This document shows, piece by piece, positions 25,801 through 36,406 of a stretch of DNA of 64,000 nucleotides. Source of the DNA: Tubulanus polymorphus (Eukaryota; Animalia; Nemertea); NCBI RefSeq assembly GCF_964204645.1, contig NC_134028.1:4588001-4652000 (forward strand), given 5' to 3'. A program made the position numbers and the translations under genes. Numbering within the stretch: the stretch's first letter is position 1; each line of letters opens with the position of its first letter. The notes beneath the pieces were generated by a model. It was not told the origin of the DNA and did not search any database. It worked only from the letters and a program-made list of their open reading frames with translations.

Positions 25801-28800
25801 AACTGTCGAATAATTTATCATTTCAACTGTCAAACAATTTATCTTTTCAACTGTCAAACAATTTAACATTTCAACTGTCGAATAATTTATCATTTCAACT
25901 GTCAAACAATTTATCTTTTCAACTGTCTTATCATTTCAACTGTCAAACAATTTATCATTTCAACAGTCGAACAATTTATCATTTCAACTGTCAAACAATT
26001 TATCATTTCAACTGTCAAACAATTTAACATTTCAACTGTTAAACAATTTATCATTTCAACTGTCTTATCATTTCAACAGTCGAACAATTTATCATTTCAA
26101 CTGTCAAACAATTTATCATTTTAACTGTCAAACAATTTATCATTTTAACTGTCAAACAATTTATCATTTCAACTGTCAAAATATTTATCATTTCAACTGT
26201 CAAACAATTTATCATTTTAACTATCAAAATATTTATCATTTCAACTGTCAAACAATTTATCATTTTAACTGTCAAACAATTTATCATTTTAACTGTCAAA
26301 CAATTTATCATTTCAACTGTCAAAATATTTATCATTTTAACAGTCTATTAGATATTTAAATCATTTAACTCAATTCAATAATTATAATGTAGAATTGTTA
26401 CTCTTTACGCCAGTTTTTATGTTTAATTGTTTCATAATGCTCTGATTTATGTGATTTTAAATATTTACCTCCGCAATAACAATGCACTTTTTCATTAGGA
26501 TTGAATTTTCTAAATTCATCATCTAATTTACATTGAACTGCAATATCTTTAAATGATTTTTCATTATCTAATTCACATTGAATTCCAATATTTGATGAAT
26601 TTTCATTATAGATAATTTGTTTATTATCAAAATTGAAATAATATAATTGTCTTTTTTCAATTCTTAAGTTAATCAAATCATTGTAATCTTTAGAAAGTAT
26701 TAAATCATCATTTCTTTCATTGAAAGGAGTTTTAAGAATATTAATTATGTTTTCATCTAAAGTTCCTTTAAAATTTAAAACTGTATTGAATATTTTAGGA
26801 TTTTTAACGCCAGTATCAAAAGTATCTACTAGTTCAGTAAGTAAATATGTTTCATTTGATAATATTTGATTAATCATAGTAATATTATCGATTTTATAAT
26901 GTCTTGCGGACACTAAATTTGTTGCTGAAATATAATTTTTAATGTAAAACTGTGAAAATGATTTATTGGTTTCATTGATTTCGATTTTAAAGTTGGGTTC
27001 TTCTTCTTCTTTCTTCATTTTTATAACAAAATTTTTATTAAAACTCATTCAAATATAAATATTCACTGTTTTAAATATGAATTATTTCACTCACACTTTA
27101 CTCACACTTTTAATGTTTAAAAATCTAACTCATACAAATATTTTTACTCGAAATATGTTTAAAATATAAACTATTTCACTCACACTTTACTCACACTTTC
27201 TTCTAGTGAGTAGAAAATGGAAAATAAATTCGAGCGTGTGAGAATTTATTTTTCATTTTCATGAGTTTCACGACTAATTCAAGTAGAAATTGTTGTTATT
27301 TTAACATTTTGGAAAATTTCTCGGGCTCGACCTTTCGACCTTTGGTATGAAAGCCCATTACCCCTATTACTACCGGTCTAAAATCGACTTAGTTATATAG
27401 CCAATCTAAGAACTAATGACTATCAAGAAACTTAAAACTTAGGTCCCAAGATCCAAAACAAGTTCTGGACTTAATTCCCGACTGAGCGACTTGGTCCAGA
27501 GGTTATTTTCACCAAGAAAATTATGATAAGTTGATAATGTGGCAGCCCTCTCATTTTGTTTAAGGCAAATTGAATTCGAGCAAGACCGCAACTCACATCA
27601 TTCCCGTCGGCGAGATAGACTTGAGACCACGTGTCTCGATTTTTACTGACGGTAATATTCAATTTCGTTACAAATTTGTAGCCGTTATCGGTATTAAAGC
27701 CTTGAATCTGGAGACCTGTAAGGAATGAGGAATCATATCACTACAGCTGCATAGAACAATACCAAGTAACATGAAAAAATGCTATGTTATTTTCGTCTTC
27801 CTCAGCAGGGCTTTCCAACATCTACTCCCTGGAAGTTATGCTTCCATAAAGTAGTCTTGTTATTTCATGAAGTCTAGCATCATATTCAAATAAAAATGTG
27901 TAAGAATATTCATGCAATTAAAGTTTAACCAATTTATGAATATAGCTATGCATGAATAAAAACAAAATTCTGCGATCACCTACCGAAAACCTTCTCCTCA
28001 TTAGGAAACTGTATTTCTAGAAACGATGGAAGTTGATCAGAGTTTACGCACCAAGCACCCGCGTTATTTCCAAGTCTAGCCTTATGTGGCATCGAATTGG
28101 AATCATAGTTATCTGCAGTGATTAGGATATCTTCAATTCTACCATCTTCTACACCGAGAGGTCGAGAACATTCTAAAGAAATAATGAGAGAAGATATAAC
28201 TGAACTGAAATAAATCGCCATCATCGCCAATAATTTCTTGATTAATGGGCACAGATAATAGTTTTTGCCAGTCACAGCAACGAATCGAGATGAACTTGCT
28301 CGATTTTAAGGTTTTTCACTTACCTGTGTTTGGAACTTTACAGACAAAAGAAAGATCCGCAAAACACGATGTCGCTACGTAACCTTGCGTCACACTAAAT
28401 TTGATGCAGTCGTTATCAGATGGGGTCGTAGTCAATTGTGTAGCTGGGTGACCGTCTGAATTGTACCATTTCCTAACACCTCTGTCATATCGAAATCCTC
28501 CAACGAATTGGGCACCTTCCATACTGAAAATATTCAACGACAAAACCGTTTCTATCATGTCTACTACACCATATGTTCATTCAGAGAGTCTTATCCAAGA
28601 AACACGTCCCGCAGACGCACAACTTAATCGTATCCACATTCATTTACCCCAGATTCTTAACAATTTTAGTGGAAACTACACGACTGAAGTTGGAACTCAT
28701 CGAGACCTGCTGGATTCAATTAAAATGACGTCAATCCTTCAGTTTAGAAAGATGAGAAGAAATAGTATAAGGAAAAAATTTTTTTTTACAAAATCCTATT

Positions 28801-31479
28801 TTTTGTCGTCCAGTAAAAGAAAAAAACACGTGAAAACGCGTAAAATGTTCGAAGGATTTTTATAATTTAACTTACACCTTTTCCGTAAACATGATGTCAA
28901 TCTCGTAGTTCGAATGGGGATAGAATATGTGCGAATACGTCGAATATTCTTGACATAACCTTTCAGCGTCCGGGAAATTATTTCTCGCTTTGTGGTGTCC
29001 ATAACACATTCCATTTTGAGTTAACCAATATCTATCTCTTCCACTATATGATTTGATGTACGTCAGAGCACTAGTATAAGCTGGGCATTCTGTGTTGAAG
29101 TAGTTAGAGATTCAAGATTAGTTTTCACGCACTTTGTTATATGCGTTCTCTGTATAGGTGACGATATGTTTGAAACAAACTACTACAGTAACTTAATGCG
29201 ATCAAACTACGAAAAGGAGAATTTTCATATCCACGAGATTCCTCCTAAATTGCTCTAAACTACCCAGAGATGCATTGTGTTAGTGGGCCGTGATGCAGCT
29301 GCGCCTGTAACGGGTAATGCAGCTGCAACGAGTAATACAGCTGCAACGGGATGATGCAGCTGTAACGGGTGATACTCACTGATTGGATCGACGCATGCGT
29401 AGACTACATGCGACTTTTCGTATTTGCAACGATGTTCGGTATAAACTTCAAAAGTTATTTTGCATTCATTTCTTGATTCACAAGTTTTTCTTGCTTTTTC
29501 CCACGTCTTGCTTGGATAGGTGTGGAACACATCCGGCCAAGCCTATTGTAAAAAATGAGACAAATGTATATTGTAGTGAAATGTATTGTCTAGCGATAAA
29601 CAACATATAGCTACCATTGCTTTCATATCACAATTATCAGGACTCGAGCTGGTCGGTTCGGCCAGCCACTGTATCATATCAATCTGTAAGTCATCCGGGC
29701 AGGAGAGGGTTAACTCGAAATTCGGTGAGGTCAACACTTCATACTTATCTGAAAGAATTGACAATTTGACAATTGAACCTATATTTCACTACCCGAGGCC
29801 ACTTTCACACACATATTCCCTGGTAATAAATTCCATATCCCAAATTGGATCACGGTGCCCCAGATAACGGACCAAATTATTGCATGTCTATAAGATCTAT
29901 GAAACATTTTAGGTTCATATCAATCTTTTTGACAATTCAATAAAGATATACATGTATTGACAAGCCGTATTTTAACCGTTTTATCAACGAATTAGAAAAT
30001 GATATCTCAAGCGTTACTAAGCTACGAATGAGAGATTCCAACAACAATGTTTAATTCATGACAATAACCTACCTAAACCTCTGACTGTGGATTAATTATT
30101 AGTAACATAATCATAAAACAATACTCACAATTTAAACGTTTTTCACAAATGTATTTGTATTTGTCAACACAGCTAACACTTTTATCTTTACTTGTCAAGC
30201 ATTTTCCCGCCGATTGAGCATGCTTGTTTAAAAAAAGAAGGTGTATTCCATTATCTCTGACTAAAAATTCAAATAGAAATGAAATGTTGCAATTGTGTAG
30301 AGAGGGGGTGGGAATTTTCAATGAATTTATACGTACTGAACTTTCTTTTATAATGAACACCAAACCAATATTCATCACCAGAATTTAATTGAGATTTTAT
30401 GAATTTTAATTCAGCCGGATTTTGTTCCGAAAACAACATTGCGCCGTTTCGCCAGCATTCTTTTCGGGCCCCATACCAACTGGCTTGTGCCTCCGAGATC
30501 TTATAGCAAATATCGTCACGATACTGTAGCCACCCATTGGGACACTCAGACACTAAATTTCCTGCAATGAAATAAATCGTACCGAGATGGGGTCCGAATT
30601 GTTGAATCTTTTCTCCCTGTTTTTTACAACTTAATTTTCTTTTTTCGTTCATATTTCTATGACCAATATACCAATCAAACCAGCTGATGATTACCTTTTC
30701 TTTAATATCGCTCATTTGAATATCAAATGTAACAATGCGCGCTGATAAGGATATTTAAACATTGATACTATACTGTATACTCTCGATAATTCTCTTCTCC
30801 TTCAATAGATCATAATTCTAACGGAATTTTAGTGACATTTTTGAACTTTTCAGGATCAATAGACTTCAAGATGTCGTTTTAATTGTTTTTACAATTCGGT
30901 TACGGTACCCAAAAACATGGGGTCTGGGAATTGTACCGGCTTCTTAGGCTAGGAGCGATTCATTCAAATTATACGAAATTTAGAGGCTACCGATACTATA
31001 TGAATGACGTGTTGATATTGACAAACATATGATCTTGATTTTCCAAATACTGAGTCATTAACTAAGGCAGCAAAATCAGTCACTGGCCAGTTCATGCTGG
31101 ATGGAAGATTGTTTATATGAACGGGAACCAAAATCTACTTCGATTGAAAAATTAATCTTTGAACAATGTGAATTCTCGACCATTGTCCAGATCCAATTCC
31201 AGAAAATCAAACCACCGTTTTGTTCCGGCAGGTGTGGATCGTTTGTAATAAACGTCAAATCAAATCGATCAAATACAGAAGAAAGTGAATCATCCCTATT
31301 TCAAGATCAAGATATATGTTCAAACAATTCTTTTTTAGGGCGACGGACCAGCTGCCACCACCTCGTCTTTCAGGACAGCTGCAAAAATAGTTTTCACTGA
31401 GTTTCTTACCTGCAACTAGTTGTATGTAAATGTTTAGAAAAGCCAGCAGAAACTTCACCCAATGTTCTTCATTCTCCAT
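13858..31479 (-). CDS. Secreted mosaic lectin/TSP1/PAN/LRR protein with a C-terminal putative toxin-like region, copy A (multi-exon; palindromic element in an intron)
   Basis: Signal-peptide exon [24 protein letters not shown] (31479-31410). CTL1 [16 protein letters not shown]...W..A...C (~30560-30130). SUEL-like lectin (~29750-29380). CTL2 (~29090-28325). F5/8 [12 protein letters not shown]...ARL...AWC...CLRTEILGC (~28170-20360). 2x TSP1 (DGGWGEW...CSASCG; ~20175-19610). PAN/Apple-like exons (~19495-17900). LRR-like mini-exons ([21 protein letters not shown]; ~17410-16785). Large exon ~16510-14415 and last exon ~14108-13858. The joining of exons into one gene is inferred from order, strand and splice sites. 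Confidence 0.75.
20953..21603 (+). CDS. 216-aa element-encoded protein with a C-terminal CxCG...H...KH zinc-finger-like motif (left arm)
   Basis: Intronless, ATG start, open for 651 bp in very AT-rich [26 protein letters not shown] resembles motifs I recall from Polinton and large dsDNA virus proteins; internal repeat [20 protein letters not shown]. Confidence 0.65.
   Translation: MSFNKNFVIKMKKEEEEPNFKIEINETNKSFSQFYIKNYISATNLVSARHYKIDNITMINQILSNETYLLTELVDTFDTGVKNPKIFNTVLNFKGTLDENIINILKTPFNERNDDLILSKDYNDLINLRIEKRQLYYFNFDNKQIIYNENSSNIGIQCELDNEKSFKDIAVQCKLDDEFRKFNPNEKVHCYCGGKYLKSHKSKHYETIKHKNWRKE
21655..22219 (+). repeat. 24-bp minisatellite (TTGACAGTTGAAATGATAAATTGT), left arm
   Basis: More than 20 tandem units with variants (TTCGAC, AATATT, truncated 16-bp units). 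Confidence 0.95.
22343..22561 (+). CDS. 72-aa single-TM protein with a basic coiled-coil tail (left arm)
   Basis: TAAATG start context; hydrophobic [16 protein letters not shown] followed by a K/N-rich tail. Confidence 0.55.
   Translation: MDGFIPTGKSDLKHYLVAGGLILAALYFYYENISKDLMNENNKLSKKLKKLNGNNHRNRKNKKVNLENDLED
22588..22902 (+). CDS. ~100-aa protein with a hydrophobic segment and a C2H2 zinc finger (left arm)
   Basis: [21 protein letters not shown] fits C-x2-C-x12-H-x3-H; hydrophobic [15 protein letters not shown]; probable ATG at 22600. Confidence 0.6.
   Translation: MTIKMSENILNLLHLIYKNQQNIKSIIMLTGLFSFSVYTIKQLLEFYDCCKIRYTELIENMNYISDRLNNIKCCEICNKRYKNLKSLKTHKYIHELDEKLYESK
23022..24956. repeat. 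Three nested hairpin modules built from (TGGATGAA/G)n ... (TCATCCA)n; the middle one is the palindrome apex
   Basis: Modules at ~23022-23380, ~23845-24140 and ~24608-24956. The apex spacer is an internally deleted version of the loop of the flanking modules; both share ATATGTTTTTTATTTTTAAAACAGTAAGAG and TACTATTCTTCCAATTTATGTGTTAAAAAGTA. Confidence 0.85.
25075..25389 (-). CDS. C2H2 zinc-finger small protein, right-arm copy
   Basis: Translation identical to 22588-22902. Confidence 0.6.
   Translation of the reverse strand: MTIKMSENILNLLHLIYKNQQNIKSIIMLTGLFSFSVYTIKQLLEFYDCCKIRYTELIENMNYISDRLNNIKCCEICNKRYKNLKSLKTHKYIHELDEKLYESK
25416..25634 (-). CDS. 72-aa single-TM protein, right-arm copy
   Basis: Translation identical to 22343-22561. 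Confidence 0.55.
   Translation of the reverse strand: MDGFIPTGKSDLKHYLVAGGLILAALYFYYENISKDLMNENNKLSKKLKKLNGNNHRNRKNKKVNLENDLED
25757..26348 (-). repeat. 24-bp minisatellite, right arm (one extra unit)
   Basis: Reverse complement of 21655-22219; the spanning ORF is 94 aa versus 86 aa, i.e. 24 bp longer. Confidence 0.95.
26398..27048 (-). CDS. 216-aa element-encoded protein, right-arm copy
   Basis: Same as 20953-21603 except K>E (KSHKSEHY). Confidence 0.65.
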   Translation of the reverse strand: MSFNKNFVIKMKKEEEEPNFKIEINETNKSFSQFYIKNYISATNLVSARHYKIDNITMINQILSNETYLLTELVDTFDTGVKNPKIFNTVLNFKGTLDENIINILKTPFNERNDDLILSKDYNDLINLRIEKRQLYYFNFDNKQIIYNENSSNIGIQCELDNEKSFKDIAVQCKLDDEFRKFNPNEKVHCYCGGKYLKSHKSEHYETIKHKNWRKE

Positions 31480-32339
31480 ATTATAAGTTGTCAATTTGTA
31501 GATGAATAATGAATGCGAAACTGCAAAATAAGTAAATGTTCTAAAGTTTTAATTCAAATCAAAATCTGGTAATTTTTACAGAATAATTTTGTTTTTGATA
31601 TCGATTCATTTTCAATTTTTCGTGATGAAAATCTAAAGAAGATATTTCTTAAAATCGTTTATCTCATTCAACAGAAGTGTTCACTCAAATAAAATCGAAC
31701 AACTGTTGAGTTATTAATTCATATTGATATTTCTTGAAATTCTGATCCCTGTTTTTTATCTCAGTCGAACTTTCACTAAAATATGTAAAATAAATGTAAT
31801 GATACTCCTTACCAGCGTGCGTTCCGCGACCTGTAAAATCATTCGTAGAAATGACGTTGAATGCACAAAACGTTCGCCAGATATTGAGATTGAAAATTGC
31901 TGAGCGTGCAAACATTAACTCTTGACTCGCAGCAATGTGTGTCAATTGCGCAGGTTTTTGGGAAATGTGAAAAGTATAATATACTGGTTGTGGTACACTG
32001 AGTTCGATTTTCTATCCAAAAATAATTCTATCTACCGATGAACGTAAATCAAACCCCGACAAACCACCCACATCGGTGCAGAATGATTTTGGCGAGGCAT
32101 AATATCGGGGGTATGTATGTATTTGTACATTGAGTAAACATGGCCGGGGGGTTGACTGTATTCTATTTTTGTGAACCACTGGTTCCACGTGTTAGGTTAC
32201 AGATTCTGAAACCGAGTTCTTCCCCTTTTAACCAAGTTCTACCCAACGAAGTTCCACTCGCAGATTGAACCCGATCCAAACCATCCAAGGTTTATCTTAG
32301 GAAGAGAGTTCAAGTATCCGAATAACCATAGAAGCGATA

Positions 32340-33345
32340 ACACTGAAAACCTCATTATCTAATGAGTAAAGACAGTTTATTGACACGAACGTTTTCGGGA
32401 TCATATCCCCTCATCAGGTGAAATACAAGTGAATCAAATGATTAAACTGCAGGTTTATATACAACATAAGTTACAAAATTACAAGTGCTAAATTCTAAGA
32501 CAAGTATTTAATTACAAACTAATTATTTGAATACATTTAGGATAGAGGATGAGCCGTTTTGGAATAATTGTTGATTTAAAGAGGGTCGTTGCGCTTTAAT
32601 AAACAGGGCCTCCCTAATTTTACAGTCGAGATCAGATGAACCTTGGTCTAGAATTTTGAATTTGTTTTCACTGAATTCCTGATCGTCCAATCGCAGAAGT
32701 CTTTGATCTGTGTTCTTTAATCCTGATGGCCAAATGTCGTTTAGTTTTCCCAATATAGGAAGTGTTTATATCACATAAACAATTAATTTTATATATGACT
32801 TTAGCCTTCAGCGATTTAGGGGTAGCACATTTCAAAGAGAAAAACTTCTTAATTTTGGTCGTAGTGAATGCGCATTTCGAGTTGATTTCAAAATTCCTTT
32901 TAAATAGATATTTTAATTTTGGGGCAAATAGGATTGACGGATTACCAATACACGGTAATGAAATGAATAGATCAATTCCATCTTCATCAACAGGTTTCGG
33001 TTTAGGTTCGGAGTTCTGTTTTGATTTCAAAAATCATCTATTGATACATTGATCGATGACATGAATGGGAAACGCATTAGATTTAAACAGATTTTTCAAG
33101 AAATTGGTTTCTTCTGAAAAGATGGTCCAGTCACTGCAAATATTGTAGACACGAAAAAGCATGGTATTGATGAGTCCTATTTTCCATTTGTACGGGCACA
33201 TGGCGTTGAAATTCAAAAGTAGGCCTGTGTTGGAAGCTTTCCTGTACACTCGAGATATAAAGTCACTACCGGTTTCTAACGGAATTTGTATTTCGGTATC
33301 GAGGAAAAGTAATAGATTAGGACCCAGTTCAAAAGTGAATTTTAG
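32340..33345 (-). mobile_element. 5'-truncated, frameshifted Penelope-like retroelement (RT C-terminus + GIY-YIG endonuclease + pLTR)
   Basis: LKFTFE..LLFLDTEI..VYRKASNTGLLLNF (RT thumb region), VIYKINCLCDINTSYIGKTKRHLAIRIKEH (GIY-YIG) and KIREALFIK...PSLN, spread over three frames; hammerhead and AATAAA downstream. Confidence 0.9.
32384..32420 (-). ncRNA. Minimal type I hammerhead ribozyme in the Penelope pLTR
   Basis: Minus strand reads CAC-CTGATGA-G-GGGA(tatga)TCCC-GAAA-ACGTTC-GTG, then TCAATAAA. Confidence 0.8.
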
Positions 33346-34368
33346 GCTGGTCGTAACCGACATAAGCAGGGAGCGGTTTAGGTTGTAGATTCTGAACCTA
33401 GTTTTACCCAACGGGCTCCACGCGTAGGCGCCGCAGATTGTACATTTGCTGAGTGAAATCAGATTATACTGATCAGATTATACTTATGAAAAGAGAGAAT
33501 GAACATCTGTACTTCTTCAACCCGCTGTTCAAATCAGCTGTCTGATACTTAGTTTTCAATTATCGACCTCACGCATGACGAAAGAGCCAAGAGACTGCAG
33601 CGGGAGAGGCTGGGAGAGGGAGAGTGAGAGGACGGGTGGAGAGGGAGAGGCCGGAAGAGGGAGGGAGTGTCCCACGGCGTCACAGTTGCTCCAGATTAGC
33701 CGGAGGCACCCCAAATCAAACCATAAAAATTTCACGGCAGCGCGGCGGATAGGTACGGTCTCGCTCCTGAGCAGCAACATCGCGGGCGGCAAAAACATTA
33801 AGCCTGGCTTATGTCGACGAGTGACGCGACGCCTACCGAATCCTACCGACGCAACTGAGGGCAACCGCGATCGCGGCCCAGCCTATGTCGTATGCGCTCC
33901 GATTCCCAGCAACTGAGGCCGACTAGCGGATATGACACCCCACCTAGTTGCTCCCTGCTTATGTCGGTTACGATTACTGATCTGGCAACTGCAACGGCTC
34001 AGATGGTCACGTGATAAGCATTTTCAGAATGAATTTAAATTATTCTTATTTCGTTTCTAGATATTCGGTCCAGTCATCTGCCGCGCTGAATGAAGGCTTG
34101 GTTTGCGTTTGAAAATTGAATTTGAAAGTTTGTGTCAAGATACGAATAACGTTAACTATCGGTCAAAATTTGCACTACGTAGGCCTATATTCGGTCTCTG
34201 ATTGGCTGTAATTCCTGCGCTCAGTTCCATCGCGTAACAAATGCGCTTATGTCGGTTGCGATCGAAAGCAACTGTCCGCCTACCGTAGGCCGGAGTACAA
34301 CATGGGCAACTAGCCGGAAATAGAGTGATGCGTACGCGGGCACAGGTCTACGTGCTATCGAACTACAC

Positions 34369-36406
34369 AACTTCAAAACATACAGAAACAAACTTAACTC
34401 AATCATTAGACTTTCCAAAAAACTTCACTACCAAAAATCCTTAAAAATGGCAAACGGCAACATAAAAGACACCTGGAAAATCCTGAGGGAAGTAATCGGG
34501 AAAACTAATAATAAACAAGACATTACACACTCATTCAAAATTAACAACATTAAGACTACCGACCCAATAAAAATTGCCAACTCTTTTAACAATCACTTCA
34601 ATCAAATTGGTGAACATCTAGCAAATGAACTTCCCTTGTCTCAAATGCCATCTCAACACTACCTGAACAATTTACCTAGATCCGACTCTAACTTCTTCCT
34701 CATGCCAGTGTGCGAAAAAGAAGTCATAGAAACTATAAATAATCTCAAAACAAAACACTCAAGTGGTCATGACAACATTTCCACATACACCCTACAGAGA
34801 ATCATCAACCACATATCATACCCTCTAACTTGCCTTTTAAATCAATCCTTCTAAATTCATTGACAAACACCTTTTTCCTAACCAATATGGTTTCCGACAC
34901 AGCCATTCAACCGAACATGCAATACTCGAACTCATAGACAGAATTTCTAACTCACTAAATAACCATGAAAGGACAATAGGCATTTTCCTGGACCTTTCGA
35001 AGGCTTTTGACACTCTTAACCACGATAAACTACTAGATAAACTTGAACATTACGGCATCCGAGGAATAGCAAGAGATTGGTTTTCCTCATATCTTTCTAA
35101 TCGTCAACAATACGTTTCGTACAAATCCTACAACACCTCTACACTATCCTCAAACATCGGTGTACCCCAGGGTTCCATCCTAGGTCCACTTCTCTTTCTA
35201 ATTTACATCAATGATATCTATGCCTCCACGGTAAACATGAAGTACATATTATTCGCTGACGATACAAATTGCATTGCTTCTCATACACACCTCAACACAC
35301 TCATACAGTATATTAATTATGACCTAAACATATTGAATGACTGGCTTATCGCTAATAAACTAACCCCTAATCTGAACAAAACTAAATATATCATATTTCA
35401 TAATTATCAGAGAAGACCATTCATAAACCACATACAACAAAGCAAAATAGGCAACTTTGAACTTGAAAGAGTAAAACAAATAGATTTCCTCGGCTTGACA
35501 ATACATGAAAATCTGAACTGGAAACACATATCGACAAAATACACAAGAAAATTTCACAAATTACTGGTATCATAAACAAAACTAAAAACATCCTAGACAC
35601 ACAAAATTTACTTTCTCTTTACTACACCTAGTCTATCCTCATTTGAACTATGGCTTGTTGGCTTGGGGCCACTCGCCTTATAATAAAAAATGCCTCCTAA
35701 TCCAAAAGAAGATTGTTCGAATAATCACCAACTCTAAGTACACTGCACACACAGACCCACCTTTTAAAAATCTTGAAATCCTCAAAATCAATGAAGTCCT
35801 CATCCTTAAAACTGCATTTTTTATTCAAAACGCCATCAAATCTTCACCTCATTACTTTTCTAATTACTTCACCGCGGAAAACTTATCTCCTTTAGTCAAC
35901 ATCAGAAAAAGCATATATTTAGACCACGCATATTCTTTATTTTCAAAACAAACACCGCCAACCCCGCATCAAAATTCACCTCAAAACATTCTTTCAAACA
36001 TCTGGCAAAAACTACCTTTTTCCAATGAAATCCTACAAACAAGCAAACAAAATTTAAAACGTAAACTCAGACCATATCTCACCTCCGCCTACAATGATAT
36101 CCATCAATGTAATAACCCTAATTGTTATAATTGCTCATTCTCCTGAACCCTCTAGCTTACTCATATAAACTCTCCTGAAATTATCAAAAATCATCAACTT
36201 TCATTTCCTTCCCCTTTATTTCTTCATTTCCCTTTCGTTTTTTTTTTCCCTGGGTGCTTGCGACAGCGGCCTAAAGGCTTTGCTTGGCCCACACTGAAAG
36301 CCACTGTTCTCTCTCGCTCTTTTTATAATTGTGCTTTGTTTAAAAAAATTGTAAATTTTATTGTTTGTTTTCTCTCAACCTGTGTACATAACTTGAACTT
36401 GAACTT
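34369..36406 (+). mobile_element. 5'-truncated, degenerate LINE (CR1/L2/Crack-Daphne-like RT)
   Basis: RT motifs QYGFR..HST, FLDLSKAFD, GVPQGSILGPLLF and FADDT; internal deletion/stop near 34854 and frameshifts; 3' (AACTTG)n tail; GAACTACAC direct repeat at 34360-34368 and 36407-36415. Confidence 0.9.

Larger units (their letters stand above)
20630..27371. mobile_element. 6742-bp palindromic (fold-back) non-autonomous element, probably Polinton/Maverick-derived
   Basis: Arms 20630-~23934 and ~24049-27371 are near-identical reverse complements around a ~114-bp spacer. Termini are AGTAATAGGGG...CCCCTATTACT, with a 6-bp TSD ACCGGT at 20624-20629 and 27372-27377. The paralogous intron at ~47620-47640 reads ATG-ACCAGT-CTAAAATC (empty site). 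The element is much more AT-rich than its flanks. Confidence 0.85.
13170..32195. repeat. Tandem segmental duplication, unit A
   Basis: Collinear with ~37415-52470 in exons, introns and flanks; e.g. TTTTTTGTGAACC(A/G)CTGGTTCCACGTGT occurs at ~32166 and ~52434. Confidence 0.9.

Noticed and set aside
20630-27371. Giant palindrome as a sequencing or assembly fold-back artefact
   Set aside because: The flanks are not inverted and rejoin as in the paralogue, a TSD is present, and the arms differ by SNPs and repeat-unit indels. Read-level confirmation is still desirable.
33556-33916. GC/purine-rich ORFs here and at 53638-54238
   Set aside because: Low-complexity GA-rich tracts give open frames with no recognisable domain; probably parts of unclassified repeats.
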